A stretch of DNA of 64,000 bases from assembly GCF_009914755.1 (NCBI RefSeq), contig NC_060934.1. The stretch is one strand, 5' to 3'. The notes beneath the pieces are model-generated. The model saw only the letters and a list, made by a program, of their open reading frames with translations. It was not told the origin of the DNA and made no database searches. Source of the stretch: the human T2T-CHM13v2.0 reference genome, Homo sapiens. Position numbers and translations under genes: made by a program. Below, in pieces: positions 28,935 to 46,101 of this stretch; positions within the stretch are counted from its first letter, which is position 1; every line of letters starts with the position of its first letter.

Positions 28935-29888
28935 TTTTTAAAAGGGCACTTATAGATTCATAGTAAGGCTTCTTTTAACCTTGAGTAACTCCAGAGCAGT
29001 GAGAATTGGGTTGAATTTATCCAAATCTAGTCTGAAACCATGTTTCCAGGAATGCTTCCCTGGTGTAAAGCAAGTTCCATCCATCCAAACTAATAAATCC
29101 AGAGTGGGCCATGAGCCCAGGTGGGAGAGACCAGAATGAGTACAGCCAACAGCGAAAACTCCACGGAGAATGAAAGAGAACCACAGGCTCAGGGGACCAG
29201 GGCAGGGTCACTAGCCTTGTCAGTTTCTTTCCACATCCCCACCCTGGGCTCTGGGGAGGGGAGGGGTGACAGGCCAGGGGCCCGATGGAATGAACACCTC
29301 CCTGTCTTCTCCATGCCCTTCCATCCTTCAGTATCTCTACACACTGGAGCACTCAAGCCCTCTCTCTCTTTGGGAATACTGTTCTTACCTCATTGCAGTT
29401 TTGAACTGGTTTCTAAATAACTGCTGCAGTTTAAGCCTTTCCTCTCCCATACAACTAAACTTTGTACAGGGCTAGATTTCTTAGGTTTCCTGCAGACTCC
29501 ACGTTTCTTTTCCTTTCTGGTTAGGAAACCAGGAAATTCGGCCACCACTTTCAGGCCATCAAATAATTAGGGCCTAAGAGATGCTAGTCCTATTATTCAG
29601 TAGTAACAGTAATTGTCATTGTTGCCATGAACAGGGCACTTCCTTGTGGTAGGCACTACTGTATAGGCACACAGCAACTCATATCTTTACGACAGCCCAA
29701 CAGGGTTATCGGTCCTTTACAAAGTAGTTTGGCCTATGTGATACTCACTTTAGAGGACCTGAAACAGGTTGTCATGCTCAGAGCAGCAGAAGCTGAGGCG
29801 TAACAGTGAAAGCCACGTGAATGTCATCTGGGAAAAACACGGATGGCCAATTCGTAATTCTTTAAAAGTCTTAAAAAACATGGCACCA

Positions 29889-30239
<351 letters not shown>

Positions 30240-30529
30240 TTAAGATGACAGAAAACAAATAGTTCAGGTATGACTTCCAATCCAAGCACACCTGGGTGGA
30301 AGTCTGGTCCAGGGGGCAGTTGTTTAGTGTGTGAGCTGCTTCTGATGTGGGCAACTCTACAAAAGCTTGTTCCAGGATAAGCAGCAGCCAGCTGGTCAGA
30401 GATACCCATGGCATGAAAAAAGAGTGCCCTTGCACTGGAGGGCGAGGGGTGAATACTGTTATTGCAGCAGCTCGGACCCCAGGCCTGCTCCTACACTCAG
30501 AGCCTCCAAGGCAGAGCTGGCTTCGTGGA

Positions 30530-30690
30530 GGTGTGATCTGGGCAGTGGCCTAGGGTCCCAGGTTTAGAAGGGTCCCTGCAGCTGATTTAATGCTCTTCTG
30601 TCAGGGGTTTCATCAATAATTTATGAATGAGAGAGTCTTCATTTTCATTTTGCAGTGGATCCTGCAAATTATGTAGCTAGCTATGCCCAA
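30530..30690. mobile_element. MER91-like hAT fragment
   Basis: cattttcattttgcagtggatcctgcaaattatgtagct resembles the MER91 terminus. Confidence 0.5.
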
Positions 30691-31109
30691 GACCTGAGGG
30701 TTTGGGGCCACTGAGCTAAATAAACAGAAGTACTCAAGAAGAAATCTAGTAGAGCTGAATTTCTGATGGATATCTTCTTAAAGACAGAAAGCAAATCCCA
30801 AATGGAAAGCCAGGCCATTGTTTGTCTCCAGGTCCCCTCTCTCTGCTACATCTTTGGCTTCTTGGTGGTACCCCCACAGGCTGGAAGGACTATTTAGGGT
30901 CTCAGAACCAGAGAGGAGAAGAGACTTGCCTAAGATCACACAGCAAATAAGTCGTAGGGCTGGAGCTAGAATAATTATACCAGTTTCCACTTACTTAACA
31001 TTCATGCTAGGTGCTGTGCTAAACATTTATGAGCATTTTCTTGTTTAATCTTCACAACAGTCTGTAATTTACAGATGAGGAAAGTGAGGCACAGAAAAGT
31101 TAAGGCTCT

Positions 31110-31403
<294 letters not shown>

Positions 31404-34400
31404 GAAAAGTTAAGGTTCTTTCCCAAGGCCCTACAGCAAGAAGTGATGGCATCAGACTTAAGCCCAGGCAGGCTGGCCAGGAATTGGGAACAAAGGGTCC
31501 TCATGGGGGATGTCATTTTCTGATCCTCCCTGGCCACTGGCCAAGGCTTTCTTTATTTCTGCTGCTTTTCGTAAATGCAGCAAGAAAGGACTTGCCTCAT
31601 TCCCTGGAATCCAGAACACGTGTGGGGGCAGCCCAACCCAGGGTAGGAATGCACTATTGACCCTCTGGCCCTGGGTTATGCAGTCAAGGAGCAGTTTCCC
31701 TGCTCAGGCGGGGGATGGGGTGCAGTGGGGGCTGGGCCTGGAGACCCTCCACAGCCCCTTAGGGACTAAGTCCAAGGGTGCCTGCCTAGGCCAAGCCTGG
31801 GGCCAGAAGGGTCAGCCCAGCCTAAGTGGGTGTGGACGGAGAAGCCAAGGATGCCCTAGGAGCACTGAGGCTGCCTAGAAGGGGCTGCCCTGGCAGGGAG
31901 TAGCAGGTAGTTCTGTCACCTCCCTCCACCCTGCTGAGAAGACCGGAAGCTTCCTGGTTAAAGATAGGTGCTGGGTTAGTGAGAGGTGCCGTGGGTGGAC
32001 AGAGGGGTGCTGGCCAGGGAGGCTGGCAGGTTCAGAGCCTCTCTGATCCCAGCAGCTGCTGCCCAACCCATGGCAGCCCCTTGGGTTGCGGCCTCCCCCT
32101 CAGTTCTCAGGTTCTCACCTCTCCCCACCCCAGGGCATTTGTGTGCAGAGAAGAGACAAACTCAAGTTTGTTCTGAGTTCCAGGATCCCAGCCACCTCCC
32201 TCCCTGGGGTGGCCTGCCTTGGTGGTCCTCCCTCACTTACTGGGAGATCCTCCCTCCAATTCCCCCACCCTCCAGCTCCCCCAGAAGCCCGAGCCAAAGC
32301 CAGTATTTGCGTTCACACAGAGAAGGAGCAGCAGAGAGGCTGGGCAGTGGGATGAAGTCAGCAGTCGCTGGTCTCCAGCCCCGAGTCTTGCAATCCGCCT
32401 CCTCCCTGGCTCAGTCTCCCTGAGAGCCGCGAGTGAGTGATGGAGTCAATAGCAACGGACTCAGGACAGACATTCCCCTCCCCGGACAACAAAATGTGGA
32501 ATGTCTCCTTCTCTCCAGACTGGACTCTTGCTATCGGATTATCAATGAATCAACCGCCAACTATTTCGGGAGCATCAACGGCCCCTGGTTGAGACCATCT
32601 GACTCTCCACCCTCTGTCTCAAAGCATCAGACACACAACCACAGACACCGTCCCCAGCATTCCTGTCTGCTTCAGGAGTCATGTAGGTTTGGGGAGACAG
32701 GCTGGGTCCCGGAAGGTCTGAGGGAGGAGACGGCAGGGCTGAGTCCTGGAGGCCTTGAAGGTATAACTGGACCCATCTTTGGGGTAGGGCTCACGGAGCC
32801 TCAGGGACATCTGGCTGGACGCTGCCATCCACTGGTGCAAGACAGGGGTGGGGATGGGGGGTCAGGGGTAGGAGGAGAATTCATTCCTGGACTGAGGTTG
32901 AGGACACCCACTTTTCAAGGTTTTCTGTCTCCCTTATCATGCCCTGGGCAGGATCTTTGTTCACTGACTGTTCCCACTGGCTCCAAACGTCTGGTTAGGG
33001 CTATAGTCCTAGCAAGCGCATAGCACATAGTAGGTGCTTATTAAAGATTTGTTATGAGTCTCTTCAATCAGACCTTTAGTTCCTTCAAGGCCTTATCCCT
33101 GTCAGCACCCCACAACACCTTGAATGCAGGAGGTGCCCAATTAACCCTCAGTGGCTGATGGAAAGATGAATACTCACTGCTCTCAAGCCCAAGGGTGCAT
33201 GGAAAACTGAGGCCCGGCTACCCCACTGCCCCAGGACCCTCTTGATACCCACGGCTCTGCCCTCTCTAGTCCAGGCTTGGCCTCCGGAACCACATACAGG
33301 CATACAGGCCTGGCTTGTGCTGGGCACAGTGGCTCCCGTGCAGGCCTCCGAGCCTGCAGAACACCCTGAAGGGCGTTGGCTCCCAGCATCTGCTTTAATG
33401 CCCTTCAAAGAGATTTTTAGAAAAATTACCCCTAAGCAGTACAGTCTCTGGCAGGATGGACGCTACAGGAAACAGGAGCCGGAGCAGGAACGACCCGTTC
33501 ATGTGTAATGTCTGGGGGGAGCAGGGCTTGGTGCAGCCTCCCATGGTGTTTGCTGGGAGCCCCTGAGCCTTTCCTTACCCCATCCCTCCCCTCCTCTGCG
33601 TGGGTCCAGACCAATCCCCTGAGCGCTGAGATGCCACGTAAACAGAGCTGTGCATGCACGCAGTGCGCACGCACACACCACTGCTTGGGAAATCCCCACA
33701 TCCGGCTCTCACGTGACCCAGCTATGCCCAGAAGGCTGCAGCTGAGAGGGCCTGGAAGATGAGAGGGTCGGGAGTGTGCGGCTCTCTGGGGAGCCCCGAG
33801 TTAACCCTTCAGCACCACAGCTCGGCGGCTCTGTCTAATGCTAAGCTTCCAGAGAGGGGAGAAGCCAGGAAGGAGGCCTGGTGCTCAGTGCTCAGCCCTG
33901 GCCCTGGTTGCCTTTCCCAGCGTGGGAAGGTTGGGACACTTCTCTGGGCCTCACTGGTCTTGACCTGGGATGTGAAAGGGCTGCTCTTTCCCTGTCCTGT
34001 CAATCCTGGTCAATCATCAGCCTCTCGGGAGTTCTCACTGGAGGGAGATTCCTTCCCTGATGGAGGATATTTCATGTGCATCTCCTAGTGTCAGGAACCT
34101 GGCTGCAGGACAGTGATCCTGGAATCACAAGGAGTCAAGATTCATGGCCTCCTTTGTCTCCCAGGAAACGGCTGGGCTCTTCCTAACAATAAGGAAAAGG
34201 TGGGAGGTGGCTCCTGGGCCAACACATATTAATTAGAACATTTTAAACTTCAATAATTTTATTGAACAAGTAGCAATCTGCAATAGCTCCTCTGAAACAG
34301 AACCACACAGTAGGTGCTCCAGGGCTATGAAAGAGATGCCCCACATGGAAGACGTGGCACATGGGGACAGTGGCTCCTACCACTGAACAGATGTCCTCTG

Positions 34401-35317
34401 CACAGGTACTGTCCTCTTCACCCAGCTGACCCATTTAGAAAGCTCAGTAAATTAGGCTCAGCAGCCATGCAGGTCTGTGTGCCTTGCTCAGAGACCCCTA
34501 CATGGCGTGGCCCCAGCCCCGTGCAGCACTTGTGACACTGTTTTAAAACTGCTGTTTCCTTGCCCACCTCCCCCATCTGGCCAGGAGTCCTCTGAGGACA
34601 AGGACCTCATTGTCTCCATCTTGGTATCACTGAGGTTCCATCACAAGACCTGTCAGATGTGCAGTAGACAAACCTAGAAGGCAGGCACAGCCAGAGCCAG
34701 AAAAGCCAGCTTTAGTCTGGAAGGAGCCACCTCATCCCAGAAGGAAGACCTAGTACCAGTGTCCATTCAGAAACTTGCTTCCTATCCACTAGCCTTCAAG
34801 GGTACCCTCCCTGCGCCCCAGGAGACAGCTGCCTAGTGTCCACTGAGCCATGGGCTTGGAGCAGAAGGAGCGAGCCAAGTCATGGAGGAAGGGTGGGGGA
34901 GAGGGGAGTTCCCCTGACCAGAACCCTGTGGCCAAATGCAAATGAGCAACTCAGAGCCAGCAGGCTCCAGGACTGTGTATGGCAGGAGCTCACAGGCCAG
35001 AAGAACTTGTCCCACCCTGACAGATCTGAAATGAGGGATGTTAAAATCTGCATATTTGCAAGGTCCCCCTGGGGGGGCCATTGCCAACATACAAAGACAG
35101 TCTTAGTTTGGTCTGTTGTCACCAGCCTGTCATCACTGCTTAGCATAGCAAGGATCTGACCCTCCAGCTGGGAAGTTATGTACCCAGACCTGATCCTCTT
35201 CCAACACTCAAAGAGCCTAAGGTGCTCCAGGGCTGAGCTGAGGACACCCTTACTCACAGGGATCCAGAAGCAGTGACAAGGGGGAGGATGGTGAAGAGAT
35301 GGCCAGCTCTGCCTTCT

Positions 35318-35627
<310 letters not shown>

Positions 35628-35635
35628 TGCCTTCT

Positions 35636-35924
35636 TTATGTTTTATTTTGAGATAGGGTCTTGCTCTATTGCCCAGGCTGGAGTGCAGTGGTGCGATCAC
35701 CATTCACTGCAGCTTTAACCTCCTGGGCTCAACAATCCTTCTTCGCCCTCCCGAGTAGCTGAAACCACAGGTGTGTGCCACCACACTGGACTAATTTTTT
35801 ATTTTTGTAGAGAAGGGGTCTCACTAGGTTGCCCAGGCTGGTCTCAAGCTCCTGGGCTCAAGTGATCCTCCCACCTCAGGTTCCCAAAGTGCTGGGATTA
35901 CAGGCGTGAACCACCACACCCAGC
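35636..35924 (-). mobile_element. AluJ in tandem with the preceding Alu
   Basis: AluJ motifs ctcctgggctcaagtgatcctcccacctc. Confidence 0.9.
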
Positions 35925-36833
35925 AAACTCTGTTTCTGAGCACAAGGAAGCAAAGGGACTTTCTAACATGACCCAGTTGTCTTGGTGCAAGACTTTATTC
36001 TAACAATAAATAACAAAATACATTTTCAAGCTGGCTGCTTGGGCCACACATGGCAATGATGAAATCCAGGGGGCAAGGCAGAAAGAAGAGAGTCAGGGAA
36101 AAGCATGATTTTCCTGTAAACTTCTAAGTTTTATGGAAACTCAGGAAAAAAATATTTTTTTCTTTCACATTTCGAAACAGACCAATTCTAAAAATGCCAC
36201 GTGCCGACTAAGTTACACACACCACTTTTCTGTTTCTAAAAGTAACTTTAGATTAGAAAAAGGTGCTAAAACAATAAGTAATGCACATTTCCCCCATGTC
36301 TTTGTTTTTCCGCCGGCTTTGTCATCACTGGAAAGGTTGCCTCTTCTGTCACGTGTCTATAAACCAAACGCTGAAGTGAGGAACCAGTGACTTTCTGGCC
36401 GTGGGCCACGGTGGGAAACATTTCTTTGCTGGACCACAATTTGGGTATTTCCTCCCCCAGCAACAAAACCTTCTGGAAATGAAAGGCAGATGGTGTCTCT
36501 CATCAGGTCAGGGCTGGGTAGGCCCCTCAGATAGCCATTCTCCAAGACTCCAAATGCTGGGCTGTGTTTCAGGGGTAAGAGACTTGGAGTCCTGTCCTCC
36601 ATTCCTGCCCCCGTAGCCCACCCTCCCATCTCAGGAGACAACTGAATGTTCTTCAAGGAGCAGTCCCATCCAGGCATCATCCAGGCACCATTCATCTTGG
36701 GGATGCCAATCCCCCTGCCATCTTGCTGCCTGTCTACCCTGAACATGGCCATCAACCCACATGGATGACCCATCAAAGACGCAACCCTGGCTTGATTTCA
36801 GAAGCCCCGGGAAGCCTGTCAAAAATGCAGATT

Positions 36834-37127
<294 letters not shown>

Positions 37128-37139
37128 AAAATGCAGATC

Positions 37140-37270
37140 GGCCAGATGCGGTGGCTCATATCTATAATCCAGCACTTTGGGAGGCCGAGGTGGGTGGACT
37201 GCTTGAGGAGCTTGGGAGTTTGAGACCAGCCTGGGCAATATGGTGAAACCCTGTCTCTTAAGAAAATGAA
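37140..37270 (+). mobile_element. Alu left monomer / FLAM
   Basis: Monomer ending in an A-rich tail followed by aaaatgcagat. Confidence 0.8.
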
Positions 37271-37821
37271 AAAATGCAGATACCTGGGCGTCACTCCAGA
37301 CACGCTGATTCAGTAGGTCTGGGCAGGCCCTGGGAATCTGTATTTCAATGAGCAGACTCAAGATTCTGCAGTTCACTTTTGCCCATGCAGTTCCCTTTTG
37401 GACCAACTTCCTATTTTCCTAGCAGGAGAAACTGGGTGATAGGAGTGAGGGGGCAGAGGCAGCTGTGCAAGCAGGGCTGAGGGAATTGAGGCTTCCAACT
37501 AGCTGCCTCCTTCTGGGGATTCCAGGATCCGGGGAGCGCTTGCCACGCCCCTGCCCCCTCCCCGCTCCGCCTTGCTCTGTGTGTCCAGGCCAATTGGGCA
37601 GTGGGGCTCAGCCACCTCGAGCCAGGGAGCGTGGCGCAGACACACACGTGAGCAGCACTCACTTTCTCCATCGCATCACCGCCACGTGGGCTGGCCGCAG
37701 AGTTGCCAAATCAATCAGGCTCCTTTCATTTCCAATTAGATGGCTTTGAACTCCAAGGGTAAAATCAGGCTGAGGACCCAGAGCCATGCAAATAAAAACT
37801 GTTTAAAAACACCAGCCCAGA

Positions 37822-38248
<427 letters not shown>

Positions 38249-38422
38249 TCACTGAGGATGGGTAGCTCAGGAGGACAAGAACGCCTCGGAAATTGCTTTA
38301 AAAGGTCTTGCTTATGATACACTCTCCATGACTTCCTTTCCAGACTCATCTCCTGCTCTACCCTCGCTCCTGCCGGGATGATGGGCCCCTCTCCTTCCCT
38401 CAGACTTTTCAAGCTCATGCCA

Positions 38423-39050
<628 letters not shown>

Positions 39051-39517
39051 AAACTCATTCCAGCTCCACATCCTTACTCATGCCTGGCTGTCCCTCCTGC
39101 AGGGTGCCCTACCCACACCCTTCAGCCCATCACAATCTCCTCTGTCCTTCAGGGCCATCTCCAGCCTCTCCCACAATGGCCAGCCACCCCTCCTTCCACC
39201 TTGCAGATCCCAAGCCATCCTGCCTAGTATTAATGAATCCCTGAAAAGGTCCCACCTTCTCAGTTGAGCTGTGCACTCCATGGGGCCAGGAGCCAACAAA
39301 CTATTAAGAGAAGTGAAAGCCTCACAAAGCCTGCGCTCTGGAGGGAGGAGGCCTGCTGCCACTGCCTCGTCTCCCTCCATCTCCCTCTGCTGCTGGTTGG
39401 GCAGGGCAGGCCCAGGGAGGGCCAGAGAGCCCAGCTCTGCTAGTGCCCTGCTGAGGTATTTACCTTGCGGGGAAGGGAGGTACCAGAGACCTCACAGACC
39501 GGCTTCCTGTGCTTCAG

Positions 39518-39567
39518 GACAGCCCTCCTCACACTTCCACCTGACAGCCCTCCTCACACTTCCACCT
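39518..39567 (+). repeat. Perfect 25-bp tandem duplication
   Basis: GACAGCCCTCCTCACACTTCCACCT twice in succession. Confidence 0.95.
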
Positions 39568-39702
39568 GGTTCCAGGGCTTGGTGGGAGTGCTGACCAGCA
39601 GAAGACCAGGTTCTGCCCACCCCATACCCTGGGCAAGTGGCCATCCCTCTCTTAAAAGCTTCCTCTATAAAAGGAGGAGAATAGAGGAACTTTTTCAGGT
39701 AG

Positions 39703-39996
<294 letters not shown>

Positions 39997-40064
39997 ATAG
40001 ACTAACCCTTAATAGTGGCCAGAACTTATGGGCGGGTCTTGCTCTAAGCAAATTCACTTTATTA

Positions 40065-40764
<700 letters not shown>

Positions 40765-40939
40765 CTATAAAATGGGACAAGACCACCTACCCTGGTTGTT
40801 GCAGGGAGGCTCCTGGCAATGATGAGATAGTGGACACCCCACCTTCCCCCTGTCTGATTGAGGAGTCACTCCGGAGAAAGGGCAAAAGCTGAAACCAGCG
40901 CTCTCTCCTGTTTGAGACGAACCCCTCCGGTGCTGCCTC

Positions 40940-41170
40940 CTATTCATAGTAAAAGCTGCTTCACCCTTAGTGCTTCCTCTAGGCCAGGCACGGTGCTGGA
41001 GTTATCACTTCAGGAACTTTCACTCAATCCTCAACCCCATGAAAAAAACCTGATTATCCCTATTTTACAGGTGAAGAAATGAGCCATAGAGAAGGACTTG
41101 CCCAAGATCACACAGCAGGCAGAGCCGGGACATGAAACTAAGCATTCTGGCTCCAGAGTCCACGTTTTTA
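40940..41170 (-). mobile_element. MIR
   Basis: attatccctattttacaggtgaagaaatgag...gacttgcccaagatcacacagc. Confidence 0.7.
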
Positions 41171-41691
41171 ACTCAACGGAATACTCAGCAATGGCTGAGT
41201 CTACGCCCTGTCGTCCCCTCCTGGGTCTCACAGAATGGAAATAAATGTCTCAACTCAAAGACCAACTTCTCCCCTTCTTTCTTAATCTATCAATAATTAA
41301 AACGGCAATAACAAATGGCAGAGCTGGGGTTCAAACCCTGTCTTCCTGTTGCCAAAACCTAAACTGTCAACCCCAGGCAACACTGCTTCTCTGCAGTGAA
41401 ACTACATTAATGCTGATCTCATGAACTCAGCTAATAATACAGTTTTATGATCACTGAGATAGAAGTGGGGCTGAGCTCACCACTTTTCCAAGGAGAAGAA
41501 TAAAGTAAACAGGATTTCATGAGGAACATCAACACTTGCCTAAGAGAACAAGCTTGTAACAACACTCTTGAGCAACCTCATCTGCATGTAAACGAGCTGG
41601 AGCTTCCACAGGACTCCTGGGTTGGATGAACCCTCAGGCTCTCCTGACAACAGCCCCAGGGCCCTGACAATCCCGAGGCTCCGTGGCCACC

Positions 41692-41710
41692 TGTGCCCCC
41701 TAGTGGCGCA
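41692..41710 (-). promoter_or_regulatory. CTCF motif
   Basis: Minus strand TGCGCCACTAGGGGGCACA is a close match to the CTCF core CCAC(C/T)AG(A/G)(G/T)GGC. Confidence 0.7.
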
Positions 41711-42005
41711 TCTCAGAACTTCCCGGCTAGGTGCCCTGGCGAAATGCAGCTTTTTAGAGAACTGGGTGAGAGGCATGAGATCTTTGCAGGTCTCAAGAGA
41801 ACCCCTTGCTCTGGGGAGTCTGCTCCAGCCCCACTGGGGCTCCTGGAGCAGTGCCCACCTTGGGGAAGCAACAACAGCTAACAACAACAGGCCCTTCCTA
41901 CTGCCAGGCACAGCACAAAACCCCTCAAAGGGCATCACCTCCTTGAACCCTGTGCACTTTGGGGCAAGCCAGGTCGCTGCTACTATAACAACCCCATTTG
42001 ACAGG

Positions 42006-42716
<711 letters not shown>

Positions 42717-42869
42717 ACAGAACAGGTGAGATAATCTGTTCTCAGAGGCGAAGGGATTTGCCCAAGTCACATGACTGGCAAGTTGTCGGCCTAAGAGTGG
42801 GACCCCAGGCAACCTGATGCAGTTGTTTCCCAGCTCCCACACAAACTCTCCCTTGAGGCCCACATCCAA

Positions 42870-43460
42870 TCATCAGAGTCTGTCCAACACCCGCAGTGCC
42901 TTGCCCCCTCCACTGCTGCCAGAGCCCACATCCTATCTCACCTGGCTAGCAGCCCCCTGCGACCTTGCACATCATAACCCATCCTGCCTAGTCAATCCCC
43001 ATCATTCTATGATTGAAGCCAGATCATGTCCCTGCCTCTACTTAGAACCCCTCAGTGAATCTTCATCTCACTCGATGAAAGTCAAAATCCTTAGAATGTC
43101 CTGCAAGGCCCTACATGGTGCTGCTTCACCCTATTCCCTCCCCACTGCCAGCTACATCTCTGCTCTCACCTCTTTCCACTTTACCCTCCACTATTCTTCA
43201 TCCCAGCCACAGGCCTCCCTACTGCATCATGAGCAGCCAGCACACACCGTCACCCCAGGGCCTTTGCACTTGCTGTGCCCTTGGCCTGGACTGCTCTTCC
43301 TCAGGTAACCATGTTGCTCCCTCACTTCCCTCCATCTAATAGTACATTCTTCTATATAGCTCATCACCCATGGCAGACTGCAAACTTCTCTAGGGTAGAA
43401 AGGCACGTTCCTATAGCCTCGACACCTCGCGCAGTGCTTGGCATAGTTGATGCTCAGTTA
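42870..43460 (+). mobile_element. L2 3' fragment
   Basis: cagggcctttgcacttgctgtgccc and terminal gtgcttggcatagttgatgctca are typical of L2 3' ends. Confidence 0.65.
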
Positions 43461-43644
43461 GGTCAGTCTCCCAACAAGCCACACTTAGTCCTATCCCTCT
43501 ACCTTTGTGCATGTGCTCTCTCTGGATTACCAAAGCCTCCCGCTCTCTGCTCCCAAACCAGAAAAATGTCTCCTCTTTCCAGGCAATGATCCCCAATTTA
43601 AAGCCACAATGACCTTTCTTTCCTGAGCCTGCACAAGGTTCACT

Positions 43645-45150
<1,506 letters not shown>

Positions 45151-45670
45151 GGCCAAACTGTCCTTCAGTTTTCAAGGTCACCAGCCTTGCTTCCTCCAGA
45201 AAGTTCCTGAGAACTTTCTTCTTCTGTTGACTCCACCATCCCTAAGCCTTGCCTCAAGTCTAAGCTCTATGCTCAGTAAGAGATTTACAGTGAACCCCAG
45301 AATGGCATCCATTTCCTCTGCGCAAATGTCCCTGGCTGGAGTGACCCTGGGAAGCTTCGTGAGGTTCATTATAGAGCAGAACAGAGCCCTAAACATGGAC
45401 TCCAATCCTCAGTTTGCCAAGGACTGTGTGTGGGCAGTCACCCCATCGGAGCCTCAGCTTCTCATTTGCAAAATGGGAATCCCACCACCCATCATGTACT
45501 GTGGCTCTGATCAGCAAATGAGGAAACGTGAAAATGTCCTCGCACATAGTAGATGCTCATTCGATAACAGCATCTAGCACTTCCAGGGGAGCTTTCTAGG
45601 TGGCAGGCAGTGTTCTAAACATGCTTACATATATTAGTTTATCTAATCTTCGTTATAACCATATGAGGTG

Positions 45671-46101
45671 TGTATTAGTCAGTGTTCTCCAGAGAAACAG
45701 AACCAATGGGAGGTGCATAGAGAGCTTGAAGACAGAGGGAGATTTATTTTAGGAACTGGCTTATGTGATTGTGGAGGTTTGAGAGTCCAAAATGTGATGG
45801 GGGAGGCCGGCAGAGACTAAGGGAAGAGCTGCAGCTGAGTCCAAAGGCAGCTGCTGGCAGAACTCCTCCTTGCTGAGGGAGGGTGTGTGTGTGTCAGTCT
45901 TTGTTCCATTAAGAGGCCTTCAACCAATTGGATGAGGCTAGCCTGCATTATGGAGAGTAATCTGCTTTACTCAAAATCCACTGATTTATTTAAATATGAA
46001 TCTCACCTAGAAAACACCTTTGCAGAAACATCTAGAATAATGCTTGACCAAATATCTGGGCACTGTGGCCCAGCCAAGTTGACACATAATAAACCATCAC
46101 A
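45671..46101 (-). mobile_element. MLT2-type (ERVL) solo LTR inside a MIR
   Basis: tgtattagtcagtgttctccagagaaacagaaccaat...cccagccaagttgacacataataaaccatcaca, with TG...CA termini. Confidence 0.85.
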
